Shown: positions 19,878-30,632 of the stretch, in pieces | How the letters are laid out: each line of letters starts with the position of its first letter | Position numbering within the stretch: the stretch's first letter is position 1 | Assembly (NCBI GenBank): GCA_005222975.1 | Contig: NJBI01000012.1 | Coordinates: 1-62,594, forward strand | DNA from: Promethearchaeota archaeon Loki_b31 | Lineage (GTDB): Archaea; Asgardarchaeota; Lokiarchaeia; Sigyniarchaeales; SOKP01 | Reading direction: 5' to 3' | DNA: 62,594 nucleotides | Position numbers and translations under genes: made by a program | Notes under the pieces: model-generated | Database searches by the model: none | Seen by the model: only the letters and a program-made list of their open reading frames with translations | Told to the model about the DNA's origin: nothing

Positions 19878-21509
19878 TTAATTACCGAAATACTTATTTA
19901 CAAAATCTTTTCGAAATTGTTCTGGATCTTCTCCTTTCTTTAAGACATATTTTTCACATTTCCTATACACTTCGAGCATATCATCATATAATTTTTTATA
20001 CTTATTATTCGGTTGTATTATATAATTATCTTGGATTTTTAGAAAGCGATTTACTAATTCAGTCCAATTAATCCTCTCATTTATAGAATCATAATAGGAT
20101 TTAGCGCTTCTAAGTGCTGCACCTAATGCTGCGGAATTAGTAATTTCAAATTGGTAAATCTTAGTATTAAATATATTTGATGCGATTTGTAATATTTCTT
20201 TATTAGCAGATGCTCCTCCAGTGGCATAAATCTCTTCTGTTTGCTCTTGGATCCACTCGGAATGCAGTCTCATTGACAGAAATTGGGCTTCTATGATTCC
20301 TCGGACATTGCCTTGTATATCATTATCGTCAAAACCAAATCGATAAACATTCGGCTCTAAAACTAAGGGTACTATTTCAGGCAAGAAATATGGTAACATA
20401 ATTTTACCAAAATTCCCTGGGGGCGTTTTTCTTAGGATTTCACCAAATTCGTCCCAATTTAGATTGAATTTATCTTTAATAGCTTCTCTTGCTAAAGACC
20501 CATTTTTAAAACAGATTAAACTCATAAAATCTCCTGTAGGCGCTCTAAAAACATGTCCTTCTCCCAACATATCAAATGATAAGTTTTTCATAAAACTAAA
20601 ATAAGTATCACTTGTACCTAAGCTAATTGCGGCTTTGCCCTTCTCTGTAAGACCAACACCGATTAAACTATTAGGATTATCTCCTGACCATGCAACTAGG
20701 ATGGTTTCTGGAGAAAACCCAAATCTTTCCACAAAAAAAGGAGATATTTTCCCTATAACATCATAAGAGTTAGTAAGGACCGGTAATTTTTGTCTCAAAT
20801 CTGGAGCAGTAGCATCTAAAGCCTTATCGTCCCACTTTTTAGTTCTAATGTTCATTAAATTCATACCCGCTCCATCTCCATGGTCGATTGGTGAACTTTT
20901 ACCTAGCAATATTGAAGAAAGAAAAGAGCTTACCAGATGAATCGTTGAAGTTTGAATATAATCATCGTAATTTTGTTCGTAAAATTTTCTAATTTGCGGA
21001 CCAGAAAATCTCTCAAAAGTATTTGAACCAGTTATACTTATTGTAGGTTCTAAACCGCCTAATTTAAGGCGAATCTCTTCGCATTGCTTGGTTGTGCTTG
21101 AATCCATCCAGATTGGACTAGTTTCTCTTGTAAAGACTTTCTGTAATTGATTTACTAAAGATTTTTCAGAATCTAAATTTTTTAGAGTTGTTTCGAAAGA
21201 ATTGTTTAAATAGACCGTTCCATGTTGCTGACCTGAACCAGATATCCCTTTTATTTCGTTCAAAGGTAAGTTTATTTGAACAAGCGCTTTAAATAATAAT
21301 TCTAAAGCTTCTACCCACATTAATGGATTCGAGTGAACAACTTTACCGCCATTTGAACTAAGAACGCCATTTTGGGTATTGTAATGTGGTAGTTCTTCGT
21401 CAAAATTAATACTATACCTAATGATAACTTCATTTTTTCTCAAATTTATGAGAACGGCCGTTAAACTTTGAGTTGAACAATCTAAACCGAGAAAATAATC
21501 CATATTCAT
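19878..21509 (-). CDS. xylB: FGGY-family carbohydrate kinase (xylulokinase)
   Basis: LGLDCSTQS, SGSGQQHG, ERFSGPQI, GDNP, SLGTSDT, TGGASAN. Confidence 0.88.
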   Translation of the reverse strand: MNMDYFLGLDCSTQSLTAVLINLRKNEVIIRYSINFDEELPHYNTQNGVLSSNGGKVVHSNPLMWVEALELLFKALVQINLPLNEIKGISGSGQQHGTVYLNNSFETTLKNLDSEKSLVNQLQKVFTRETSPIWMDSSTTKQCEEIRLKLGGLEPTISITGSNTFERFSGPQIRKFYEQNYDDYIQTSTIHLVSSFLSSILLGKSSPIDHGDGAGMNLMNIRTKKWDDKALDATAPDLRQKLPVLTNSYDVIGKISPFFVERFGFSPETILVAWSGDNPNSLIGVGLTEKGKAAISLGTSDTYFSFMKNLSFDMLGEGHVFRAPTGDFMSLICFKNGSLAREAIKDKFNLNWDEFGEILRKTPPGNFGKIMLPYFLPEIVPLVLEPNVYRFGFDDNDIQGNVRGIIEAQFLSMRLHSEWIQEQTEEIYATGGASANKEILQIASNIFNTKIYQFEITNSAALGAALRSAKSYYDSINERINWTELVNRFLKIQDNYIIQPNNKYKKLYDDMLEVYRKCEKYVLKKGEDPEQFRKDFVNKYFGN

Positions 21510-21831
21510 ATTTTTTTTTAAAATTATGTTTATCTTGATAGTGATAATATTAGTAGTTATACATGTCTATGTATTTGAGAGTTTTGATAAAAAAATTTTT
21601 AAAATTATTAATTTGGTAATAATATACTAGATATTTGATTATTTTAACAATACCAATTTTCAAATTATTATACAAATATAATACATATCGACCAAAATCG
21701 CTTTTTTTCGAAAATTTAAAATAAAAAATAAAAATTTAAATACTAAAAAGCAAAAAAATAATTAACTTAATATCACAAATAATAAATAAAATAGATCATT
21801 TTAGTAAAATATTAAATATATTTAGAAGAGG

Positions 21832-22263
21832 TTGAAAATTATATTGGACGCAATCGATGAAAAAATATTAGAAGAATTGAAGGAAAATAGTAGAATATCA
21901 TTTAAAGCCATTTCTGAGCGAGTAGGAAAAACAGAAGCTACGGTTCGAAGGCGGGTTAATAAGTTAAAGGAGGATGGCATAATAAAAAGTTTTACTATAG
22001 AATATAGTACCAATTCTAAACCACAAACTAGAGCCACTGTTAAAATTGAACCTGATTTTAAGGAGATGAAAAATATAATGAAAGAATTAAAAGCAATTGA
22101 AGAGATTACAGATATTTGGCGCTTAAGTGGAAATTGTGGTCTTTTTATAAAAGTGGAGATACCTACTATTGAACAGTTTAACCCTTTAATTGAAGAAAAA
22201 ATATCTGTAATCAAAGGAGTTAAAATAATGGAGACTTGTTTTATAACAGATATTATAAAATAA
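21832..22263 (+). CDS. Lrp/AsnC-family regulator
   Basis: LDAIDEKILEELKENSR...EATVRRRVNKL..GII. Confidence 0.92.
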   Translation: MKIILDAIDEKILEELKENSRISFKAISERVGKTEATVRRRVNKLKEDGIIKSFTIEYSTNSKPQTRATVKIEPDFKEMKNIMKELKAIEEITDIWRLSGNCGLFIKVEIPTIEQFNPLIEEKISVIKGVKIMETCFITDIIK

Positions 22264-22357
22264 ATGAAATCAGTTCTTTCAGATGTATATGTTTTTGTAA
22301 TAGTTTTTAACAAGAATGCGGCATGCGCTAACTATTGAATTGTAATTACCGTCTTAT

Positions 22358-23152
22358 TTAACGCTCTACTCTTATCTTGTTTAAAAATGTAAGAATTTCT
22401 TTTTTTGTTGTGTGTTTATATAGAGTAATTTCTCCATTACAAGCTATACAATAAGTTCCATAAGGATGGACGCCATTTTGTTGAGCCTCTCTACAATTTT
22501 TTAATTTAATTGCATTCAACGATTCGTTCTTCGTATTAAATTCTTTTTCTAATTCATCAACTAGATCAACTATATAAGGGCATTGGTCGGAGTATAAAAA
22601 ATGTACTCCTTTACGATATTCTTCTACTTTTTTATCTGAAATGGGATAAAACTTTGGTTTAGGCGCTTTATCATTAAAAATAATGGCAAATAATCCGAAA
22701 TAAGGTTTTATTTCATCCACTTTTTCGAATCCATTATTTAAATATATCTTCGTTTTTGGTAGCCAGCCTCCTTTATCTGCTGACATGCCTACTACTCCAT
22801 GCATTCCAGCTTTTTTTGCATCTTTAATGCTCTCTTGCAGAAGATTTGAACCATAACCTTTTTTTTTATGCTTTCCAACTACCCATAGACAATGAATGAC
22901 CATCCAACCATTAGCTTGGATCCCTCGCCAATTATATTCACCTGGAATGTATTCTATCATACCCCGAGAAGTTTCTTTATTGCCTTCCTTTACTATAAGT
23001 AATTTATATTTTAATCCTTCTTTAAAACGCTCTTTTATCCATTTGACTTTATTTTGATAACCAACTAATTTTTTTTTTGTTTTTTTACAAAATAACTCTA
23101 ACTCATCAATATTTTCTTCGTTAATATCTATTATTTTAGCTATATTTTTCAC
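22358..23152 (-). CDS. GNAT acetyltransferase with YoaP-like domain
   Basis: IEYIPGE, IHCLWV, KKKGYGS, DQCPY. Confidence 0.85.
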   Translation of the reverse strand: MKNIAKIIDINEENIDELELFCKKTKKKLVGYQNKVKWIKERFKEGLKYKLLIVKEGNKETSRGMIEYIPGEYNWRGIQANGWMVIHCLWVVGKHKKKGYGSNLLQESIKDAKKAGMHGVVGMSADKGGWLPKTKIYLNNGFEKVDEIKPYFGLFAIIFNDKAPKPKFYPISDKKVEEYRKGVHFLYSDQCPYIVDLVDELEKEFNTKNESLNAIKLKNCREAQQNGVHPYGTYCIACNGEITLYKHTTKKEILTFLNKIRVER

Positions 23153-23196
23153 CTCTTTTTTTTCTATATTTTATAAAAAAAAATAGAAATATAGGT

Positions 23197-23709
23197 TTAT
23201 GTTTCTTCCTCGAAAAATCCTTGTTTTTGCCACCAAATAATCCCATCTTCTAAGTATTCAGGCCAATCCTTTAACCATGGTGCGATATGACAATCCCGGA
23301 CACGATCGCATATCGGGAAGTATGCCTTTAAGTCAAAAACGGGAGTTCCATTAAACGCGTCGATTCCCTCAATTTTAATTATCCCTTTCTTATTATCTAC
23401 ATCTAAAATACCACATGTAGTTAATCCCATTGGATTTGGTCGATATTCCGCTCTTGTGGCAAAGATCCCTGTGGTTGGTGCGCCTTCCGCATATGGAACA
23501 TCAATTGCCCAATCATCAACATTTCTATACTCTTCTTTATCCATTTCGTGCGCCCACCAAAAAATCATAACATGACTGAATTTATCTAATTCTTTTAAGG
23601 CCGATCGATACGGTTCTAGAACATCTATGAAATAATTAGCTTCTATTGGGTCATCTCCTTCAATTCTTACATAGCCAACCGGTTTAATTTTATATTCTTT
23701 TTCTTTCAT
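23197..23709 (-). CDS. tsaA: TsaA/TrmO-like SAM-binding methyltransferase
   Basis: GIFATRA..RPNP.G and IDAFNGTPVFDLKAY. Confidence 0.85.
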   Translation of the reverse strand: MKEKEYKIKPVGYVRIEGDDPIEANYFIDVLEPYRSALKELDKFSHVMIFWWAHEMDKEEYRNVDDWAIDVPYAEGAPTTGIFATRAEYRPNPMGLTTCGILDVDNKKGIIKIEGIDAFNGTPVFDLKAYFPICDRVRDCHIAPWLKDWPEYLEDGIIWWQKQGFFEEET

Positions 23710-23857
23710 ACAAATTTACCATTTTTAGTTAGTAAGAAATATTAACTGTACATAGTATTTAAATTTCTAGGATTATGTTCATTTTTTTTAGGCAGATTTT
23801 TAAAGGTTAATATCTTATCTATAATTAAGCTTAAACAATTCATATTGAACGAAAAAA

Positions 23858-24382
23858 ATGGAACCAATTATCACAGAAGAGAAAATATTCAATCTTCTTG
23901 GATGTATTTATTATGGAAATCCATTCCATTTTGCGCCTCCATGGAGCTATGAAAATGAGATAGGACTCTTATGGAAAAGATATATGAATCTTGCAAAAAC
24001 ATATAAGAATTTCCTAAATAAAAATAATGTAAATCCAAATATCGGATATGAAGTCCATATTGAACCTAAGGAATTTCAGGATACTAAGAATTTTTATATT
24101 TTTGTAGGAATTGAGGTATTTTCGTTCGAATTCGTACCATTAGAGATGATTATTAAGAAACTTCCAAAAACGAAGTATTTAAATTTCACTACTAAAGCAG
24201 ATGATTTTAAGACTTGTGGTAATATTTATAGTGAATGGTTGCCGAGTTCGGAATATGAACAATCTTATCCTTATATAATTGAAGCTTATGAACATCCTAG
24301 ATATAAGGGTCTCACGGATAAAGAATCTGAGATTGATTGGTATATACCTATAAAAAAAAGGAATGAAAGTGATAATGAATGA
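23858..24382 (+). CDS. GyrI-like small-molecule-binding protein
   Basis: IGLLW, IYSEWLPSS.YE, IDWYIPI. Confidence 0.8.
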   Translation: MEPIITEEKIFNLLGCIYYGNPFHFAPPWSYENEIGLLWKRYMNLAKTYKNFLNKNNVNPNIGYEVHIEPKEFQDTKNFYIFVGIEVFSFEFVPLEMIIKKLPKTKYLNFTTKADDFKTCGNIYSEWLPSSEYEQSYPYIIEAYEHPRYKGLTDKESEIDWYIPIKKRNESDNE

Positions 24383-24765
24383 ATTCTGAAAACCAGTATG
24401 ACGATTTAATCGATTGTATTGAAGAATCTTTTAAAGAGATTGTCACGATTGCAAAATCATTAGGAAATGAAAAAAGACTAAAAATACTAATTTTTTTACT
24501 AAAGAGAACTCATTCGTTTGGTGCATTAATGAATAAAATAAAGTTAAAAAAAACAGCGTTGTCAAATCATCTATCGCATCTAATAAATGCTAAACTGATA
24601 GAAAAGGTTGATTTTGGCGTTTATAGTATTACTGGAGATGGTATTGGGTTTATGGAAGCTATTGAAAGGGCTTATCATCAATCTCCAAGTAGAGAAAAAA
24701 AAAGATTTGAAGCCTTACAAACAAGAGCGATTTCTAATTCCTTTTTAAATAGATATAGTCGATGA
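24379..24765 (+). CDS. ArsR-family winged-helix regulator
   Basis: LGNEKRLKIL...ALSNHL..L; 4-bp overlap with the upstream gene. Confidence 0.85.
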   Translation: MNSENQYDDLIDCIEESFKEIVTIAKSLGNEKRLKILIFLLKRTHSFGALMNKIKLKKTALSNHLSHLINAKLIEKVDFGVYSITGDGIGFMEAIERAYHQSPSREKKRFEALQTRAISNSFLNRYSR

Positions 24766-24873
24766 GAGCAATTGAAAACTCCATGAAATTATTATTAATA
24801 AGATTAGAATTTTTAAAAGATAAACCGTTAAGTAATAAACATTATTTCCATTATTTTATTAATATCTAAAAAG

Positions 24874-25371
24874 TTGGAATCTAAAATGGTTATTAAGAAG
24901 GGCGATATAATTAAAGTAGAATACGAAGGGCGATTAGAAGATCGAACGATATTTGATAGTACTGAACTTCAAGGAGGAAAACCAATGAAGTTTGAAGTTG
25001 GTGTTGGTTTATTAATTCGAGGTTTTGATAACGCGGTTATGGGTAAATATGTTGGAGATGAATTTACTATTACTTTAAAAGCTTCTGAAGCTTATGGTGA
25101 GGTCGATCCACAATTAATTCAAACTATTTCAACAGATCAACTTCCAAAAGATATTGATCCTGAACCGGGGATGATGTTGAACGCATTTGATGCTAACGGG
25201 GCACAATCTGTGGTCTGGATTAAGGAGGTCGATGGCGAGTTTGTAACGCTTGATATGAACCATCCAATGGCAGGAAAAACGCTAATCTTTAAAATTAAAA
25301 TTCTAGAAACAGGTTGCAAACCAGATCCACCTGACACGCATGAATGTGGGTGTGGGTGTGAGCACACTTAA
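24874..25371 (+). CDS. slyD: FKBP-type peptidyl-prolyl isomerase (SlyD-like) with Cys/His tail
   Basis: VEYEGRLED..IFDS, AYG, DMNHPMAGKTL; tail HECGCGCEHT. Confidence 0.9.
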   Translation: MESKMVIKKGDIIKVEYEGRLEDRTIFDSTELQGGKPMKFEVGVGLLIRGFDNAVMGKYVGDEFTITLKASEAYGEVDPQLIQTISTDQLPKDIDPEPGMMLNAFDANGAQSVVWIKEVDGEFVTLDMNHPMAGKTLIFKIKILETGCKPDPPDTHECGCGCEHT

Positions 25372-25560
25372 AAAGAACAAAATTATATCACATTTTTATT
25401 ATTTATCGAAAAAAATAATTTTAACTAATTTTTGCTTTTATTAATAGTTCCATGCAAAGAAATTAAAAATAATCTTTCTCTTCTTAAAAATCAATAAACA
25501 ATTTTATTTGTTTTAGATAATTTTTACTATTAATAAATTTGCCCTCACTAGTAATGAAAG

Positions 25561-26883
25561 ATGAGCTATAAATTTACAAAAGAGGAATTAGAAGAACTTT
25601 TAATTGATTATAATAAAGTCGCTTTAAAAGAGCAAAAACTTGATCTTCCCTCTAAAGTCTGTATCTGGGACGAAACATTGAGAGATGGAGAACAAAGTCC
25701 TACCGTTTATCTTACCTTAGACGAAAAAATCCATTTAACAAAATTGATGGACGAGATAGGAGTTAAATTAATCGCAGTTGGGTTTCCAGCAGTCTCAAAA
25801 ACCGAAAAGAAGATCGTTAAAGCAATAGTAAATGAAAATTGTAAACATGCTACTATCCTTGGAATTGCTCGTCCAAAGAAGGAAGATATTAATGCATGTA
25901 TCGATGTAGATCTTAAAGAAATCGTTATTTTCATGCCAATTTCTCCAATTTTTAGGAAAACTTTAAAGCAAACACCTGAACAGCAACTAGAGATGATCGA
26001 AGAAGCCATTCATTACGCGAAAGACAACGGATTTAAAGTCAATTGGGTTTCAGAAGATGGCACTAGATGCGATTTTAATCATTTGGTAAATGTTTTCAAA
26101 ACAGCAATAGAAGCCGGGGCAGAAAGGATCGTTCTTGGAGACACAGTAGGCGTTTTAACACCGTGTTCTACTTCGTATTTGATTAAGCGAATAAAAAATG
26201 AAGTTATAAAACCACTAAAGAAAGGAATTCCAATGGGTATTCACACGCACAACGATTTTGGCTTAGCGGTTGCTAATACTATTACAGGCGTATTTGAGGG
26301 ATGCACTTATCCACATACATGTATAAATGGTTACGGCGAAAGAGCAGGAAATGCCGCTTTAGAAGAGGTTGCTACGAATCTTGAACGGATAGGTATTAAA
26401 ACAGGTATAGATTTGACAAAATTACCAGAATTAAGTGAAATTTGCGAGAAATACTTTTGCCAACCATTAGCCTTAAACAAGGCTATAGTTGGTGAACACG
26501 CTTTTAGTCACGAAAGCGGACTTCACATTGCTGCAATTTTAGCACACCCATTAACGTATGAACCAATCAACCCCCATATAGTAGGTAGAAGAAGGAAATT
26601 CTATTTAGGAAAATTCTCAGGGTCTAAATCAATCCTAAATGCACTACAACAAAAAATTAAGGTTTTAGATTTAGATATTCCAGAAGAAATTATTAAACGA
26701 ATTGTTTTAGAAGTGAAAAAGAAACACGAGGAGACTTCTAAAAAGGAATTAAGAAAGTCGTTTAAGATAATAAAGCAAGAATTAGAGAAAGTTACAAAAG
26801 GAGTGGGGGATAAAGAGTTCTTCGAAATTGTAAATAAATACGCTCAACCATACGTTCCTGACGAATTTAAGCCAAAAATATAG
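25561..26883 (+). CDS. Homocitrate/isopropylmalate synthase family (DRE-TIM) enzyme
   Basis: DETLRDGEQ, HTHNDFGLA, GERAGNA, HESGLH. Confidence 0.9.
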   Translation: MSYKFTKEELEELLIDYNKVALKEQKLDLPSKVCIWDETLRDGEQSPTVYLTLDEKIHLTKLMDEIGVKLIAVGFPAVSKTEKKIVKAIVNENCKHATILGIARPKKEDINACIDVDLKEIVIFMPISPIFRKTLKQTPEQQLEMIEEAIHYAKDNGFKVNWVSEDGTRCDFNHLVNVFKTAIEAGAERIVLGDTVGVLTPCSTSYLIKRIKNEVIKPLKKGIPMGIHTHNDFGLAVANTITGVFEGCTYPHTCINGYGERAGNAALEEVATNLERIGIKTGIDLTKLPELSEICEKYFCQPLALNKAIVGEHAFSHESGLHIAAILAHPLTYEPINPHIVGRRRKFYLGKFSGSKSILNALQQKIKVLDLDIPEEIIKRIVLEVKKKHEETSKKELRKSFKIIKQELEKVTKGVGDKEFFEIVNKYAQPYVPDEFKPKI

Positions 26884-26914
26884 AATTTAATGAATATAAA
26901 CCTTACTTTGTATT

Positions 26915-28264
26915 TTATAGTTGTTTATCAATTTCTTCAATTTTGTTTTTAGTTGCCTTCAAATCATTCTTCAGTTGGCTAGCCCGTTTTTCGTAAGATT
27001 TCTTATCCATTTGTCCGGCTTTATATTTCTTTTCTACAAAATCAAGTAAGTTTCGAACAGAATTAAGTTTACTTTCTAGTCCCTTCTTTTCGGCTAATAA
27101 ATCTTTCTTTTTAACTTTCTTTTTAGTTTTTGGTTTTGGAGCAGGCTTTAATTTATCGGAGACATCGAGTCTTGGCAGTCCAATAAAATATTCGTCCTCA
27201 TTTTGGTCTAAACTTTCAGGTCTTTTGGGTAGATCGGTTAGGGGTTCATTTGAGGCTATTAATTCGTCTAAAGCATCACTTGTTGTTTTTTCAATTTTAT
27301 TAGATGAGGGTTCATTCAATTCTGTAATCGCGGTTTCCGAAGAAGTAGCGGTTCTAATTAGTTTGTCGATTGTAGTCTTTATTGTATCAATTTGATTTTG
27401 AAAAATCTTTAGCAAATCGATTAATTCACTTTTTTTTGATATTTTCATAGAAAAATTGATATCTACATTTTTCCTTTCAGTTATTGCAGAACTAATTGGT
27501 GGCGCTTGGTAATCCATTGTTTGTGTTGTAGATGTTATCTCTTGAGGAGCAATCTCGGGGATAGCACCACTCGAATGCAATTCCATTCTATAATCTGAAA
27601 CTAACCATGAAAAAATATTAAACGCTAAATTTGGATGCTCATCGTTACCGAAACCCCCTCCAACTCTGTCTCTAAACAATTCATAACTTCCTATGGCACA
27701 TACCCTTCCTTTATCGGGTTCAGCAACACAAACTAAGGGAGTAGAAAAAGGTTCTGAGGTTTCGTTTGAGGATACAATAGAAATCGAACTACCTACTAAC
27801 GAAAGCGAACATCCAGATCTAAAGCACAAAGAACTAATACTATTTGTAATTGGATGTGGTGGAATAAAGGCTGTAACTATAGGCATATTTTCCAAGCCTA
27901 AATTATAAGTTTTATCTAGTACTTGATCGTTTTCAAATATTATTCCATATGTTTGACTTAATTCGCTTAAGTTACTATTTCTTCCTCTATCGCCCCCTGC
28001 ATGAGACAGCATCAATAACCCACCCCCATCTTCTCTAACCCAACTGCTAATTTCAGTTATTTCCATCGAAGAGATTTTTGCAAAATCTGGGCAAACAAAC
28101 ACTAAAATATCAAAAGATTTTAAAGAATTTCGGGTAATCGGCGCTTCTAAGAAATTATAACAAACATAATCGTTCGCATTTAAAAAGTCTCGTAATTCCG
28201 TTAGATTCTCGTCCAACTTTCCACGCGGCTTGTGGGCCACATCAAACGCTATATTATATGGCAT
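26915..28264 (-). CDS. GIFT/DUF4350-like (class I GATase-like) domain protein with C-terminal coiled coil
   Basis: IAFDVAHK, DILVFVCP, WVREDGGGLLM, GRVCAIGS; Lys-rich helical C-terminus. Confidence 0.6.
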   Translation of the reverse strand: MPYNIAFDVAHKPRGKLDENLTELRDFLNANDYVCYNFLEAPITRNSLKSFDILVFVCPDFAKISSMEITEISSWVREDGGGLLMLSHAGGDRGRNSNLSELSQTYGIIFENDQVLDKTYNLGLENMPIVTAFIPPHPITNSISSLCFRSGCSLSLVGSSISIVSSNETSEPFSTPLVCVAEPDKGRVCAIGSYELFRDRVGGGFGNDEHPNLAFNIFSWLVSDYRMELHSSGAIPEIAPQEITSTTQTMDYQAPPISSAITERKNVDINFSMKISKKSELIDLLKIFQNQIDTIKTTIDKLIRTATSSETAITELNEPSSNKIEKTTSDALDELIASNEPLTDLPKRPESLDQNEDEYFIGLPRLDVSDKLKPAPKPKTKKKVKKKDLLAEKKGLESKLNSVRNLLDFVEKKYKAGQMDKKSYEKRASQLKNDLKATKNKIEEIDKQL

Positions 28265-28310
28265 GATAATTATTTTTCATTTGTTATTTTATAAAAAGAG
28301 TAATCTATTA

Positions 28311-29408
28311 TCAATAAATACTTTTGTCTCCAATAATTAAATTATTTTTTGTAATATTTTCTACTCTTACATTACTTCCTATGATTGAACCCTCAGTGAT
28401 CACATTTTTTAAAGTTGTATTCTTTTCAATAACGCAATTTTCTAGAATGCAATTTTCAATATTAGAATCGCAACCAATCGAAACATATGGTCCAACAACG
28501 GAATAAGAAATTTTGGTATTCTTCCCTATATACACAGGACCTTTTATGAACGACTTTTCAGAAACGACATTTAACTCTTGAAAATCTTCGATGTTGACCG
28601 ATTTTTGGTCTAAAAGATACTTGTTACCGTTCAACACTTCAGAAGGTCTTCCAAAATCCAATATTCCTTTTTTAAGTTTAACTGCTGCGATTTTGAATCC
28701 ATTATCGATTAAGTTTTGTAAGCTTTCGGTTAAATAAACCTCTTTAGATCCGTCCACTCTTTTATCTAAGTATGTTTTTAAATTATCAAAGAGAGCTTGG
28801 GTTGCAGAGTGAGAAAATGCGTATATACCAGCTATAGCTAAATTGGATACAAATTCTTTTGGTTTCTCAACTAATTTTTGAATAAGTGAATTATCATTCA
28901 CGACAACAACACCGTAAGAGCTTGCATCTTTTTTTGGGACCTCCATTATTGTAATAATTCCATCTATATCAGATTCGTAATATCGATACATTAAGTAAGA
29001 AAGATCGTCAATTGGAATCATGTCTGCTAAGAAGATTAACGAGCCTTCCCGTTTATCAGCTTCTTTATGTGTGTGTGTGTGTTTTTCAAACCTTGAATTT
29101 GCTAAATATACGGCTTCACCTAAGCCCCAATAAAAGGGGACGTCGTCATTATAACCTCTAGGTATCTGCTCGATAAAAGTTAACTTAAACTTATCGCTAT
29201 ACTTTTGTTTAACGAATTCTATTATTTGTCTTTTCTTATATCCGACAATTAAAATTAATTCCGTTTTTGAATCAAATGTATCGCTAATCTTATTAAGGAT
29301 GTGTTCCAACACCGTCTTACCAGCAACATTTATGAACGTTTTAGGTTTGCTTAAGGTAAATGGGCGTAATCTTGAACCAATACCCGCACATGGACCAATA
29401 ATTTTCAT
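28311..29408 (-). CDS. Sugar-phosphate nucleotidyltransferase with hexapeptide-repeat tail
   Basis: AGIGSRLRPFT.SKPK, YGVV, VEKP, C-terminal left-handed beta-helix repeats. Confidence 0.9.
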   Translation of the reverse strand: MKIIGPCAGIGSRLRPFTLSKPKTFINVAGKTVLEHILNKISDTFDSKTELILIVGYKKRQIIEFVKQKYSDKFKLTFIEQIPRGYNDDVPFYWGLGEAVYLANSRFEKHTHTHKEADKREGSLIFLADMIPIDDLSYLMYRYYESDIDGIITIMEVPKKDASSYGVVVVNDNSLIQKLVEKPKEFVSNLAIAGIYAFSHSATQALFDNLKTYLDKRVDGSKEVYLTESLQNLIDNGFKIAAVKLKKGILDFGRPSEVLNGNKYLLDQKSVNIEDFQELNVVSEKSFIKGPVYIGKNTKISYSVVGPYVSIGCDSNIENCILENCVIEKNTTLKNVITEGSIIGSNVRVENITKNNLIIGDKSIY

Positions 29409-29464
29409 ATTTTAATTTGAAATATTATCTTTTTAATTTATATAGTGTTTTAAATCATTTAATT

Positions 29465-30283
29465 TTAATAAAACTTTGACTCATCCGAATCGAAAATTCT
29501 TTGTAAATAGCCAAATAATAGATCGAGCCCATATTCTTCTTTATTTGAGCAGGGGATCAACTCTGAAGTGGAGCCTAATTGAACGAATACATCTGAGATT
29601 AACATAGATAACTCCCTTATTAAACCACTTTCTCTTTCATTTGTGGAATCCTCTAACGCTCGAAAGTCTTGACTCCAATTAACAATCATATCGATTTGAT
29701 CTTCGCCTAATAGATCAACTTTGGATAAAACATTAATTTGGGAAATATTTCTAAACCTAAATTGTACTGAGGCAGCTAAAAGTAGTGTAGAGATGAATCC
29801 ATTAGGTCTGAGGACTAAGTTTGAATCAAAAAGAAAAGAAACTGCCTTTTGAATTGATCCAAAACCTAATGAGCTTGCAATTAAAGGTCCCGTTTCCCTA
29901 AAAGCAAAAAGTTCGAGCTGTCCAGCAGTATCTACAAATACCCAATCTGCATTGTATTCGTCAATCTCGTACTTTAAATCGTCTAGAAAGTTAACCATTA
30001 AATCAGAAGCTAAGATCATGGCTCCGTTTGGCCCTAACTCATATTTATCCATTACTTCTTCAAGAACGATGAAGTCTCTTATATCTATATCGGGGGTATA
30101 AGGCATTCTTTTAACGCCAGGGTCCAAATTTAAAGTAATAGCCGAAATATCAGGATTTCTATTAATAACATAATCTTTAAATAATCCTGTTAAAGTACTT
30201 TTTCCGCTTCCAGCGGTACCAATAAAGTAATTTAATAACAAACGTGTTTTCTCTCCGCTCTCTGCTTTATTTTCAAGTCTCAT
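29465..30283 (-). CDS. GPN-loop GTPase
   Basis: GTAGSGKS, NLDPG, LGPNG, DTAGQLE, SKVD; start probably the ATG at 30283 rather than 30337. Confidence 0.92.
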   Translation of the reverse strand: MRLENKAESGEKTRLLLNYFIGTAGSGKSTLTGLFKDYVINRNPDISAITLNLDPGVKRMPYTPDIDIRDFIVLEEVMDKYELGPNGAMILASDLMVNFLDDLKYEIDEYNADWVFVDTAGQLELFAFRETGPLIASSLGFGSIQKAVSFLFDSNLVLRPNGFISTLLLAASVQFRFRNISQINVLSKVDLLGEDQIDMIVNWSQDFRALEDSTNERESGLIRELSMLISDVFVQLGSTSELIPCSNKEEYGLDLLFGYLQRIFDSDESKFY

Positions 30284-30447
30284 TAAGGAAACTAACTCAA
30301 AATATGCCCGCCGAAGGAAGAATGCTTGGCATGGCAAATTATTTTTGTATAGCAGTCTCTTTTTTTTATAAATATCTTAGAATAAGAAAAACTCAAAAAC
30401 ATAAAATCTTTTGCGTTTAATTTTCATTTTGTCTTTCATCTGTACAT

Positions 30448-30627
30448 TTAGAAAAAGCTTTGACCGAACTCATCATTGAGGTCGTAAATGTACTCTCCGC
30501 GTGCTTGTTTAACCTTCATCTTTGCATAGCCTTCCCGAAGGGACTTCACGCTTTCGATGCAGAACCATGCACGGTACGAGTGGTTGTAATACATGTCTCG
30601 GTCGGCTCTGCCGCAGTTAAAACACAT
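30448..30627 (-). CDS. Small Cys-containing ORF or gene fragment (59 aa), not in the ORF track
   Basis: MCFNCGRADRDMYYNHSYRAWFCIES...; GC-richer than the flanks and probably 5'-truncated. Confidence 0.45.
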   Translation of the reverse strand: MCFNCGRADRDMYYNHSYRAWFCIESVKSLREGYAKMKVKQARGEYIYDLNDEFGQSFF

Positions 30628-30632
30628 GCAGA

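Noticed and set aside
21822-22313. 163-aa minus-strand ORF, and the many similar short antisense ORFs in the track
   Set aside because: They lie opposite well-supported genes and show no motifs.
30300-30340. GCCCGCCGAAGGAAGAATGC resembling SRP RNA helix 8
   Set aside because: The conserved internal-loop bases and the surrounding roughly 300-nt GC-rich structure are absent.
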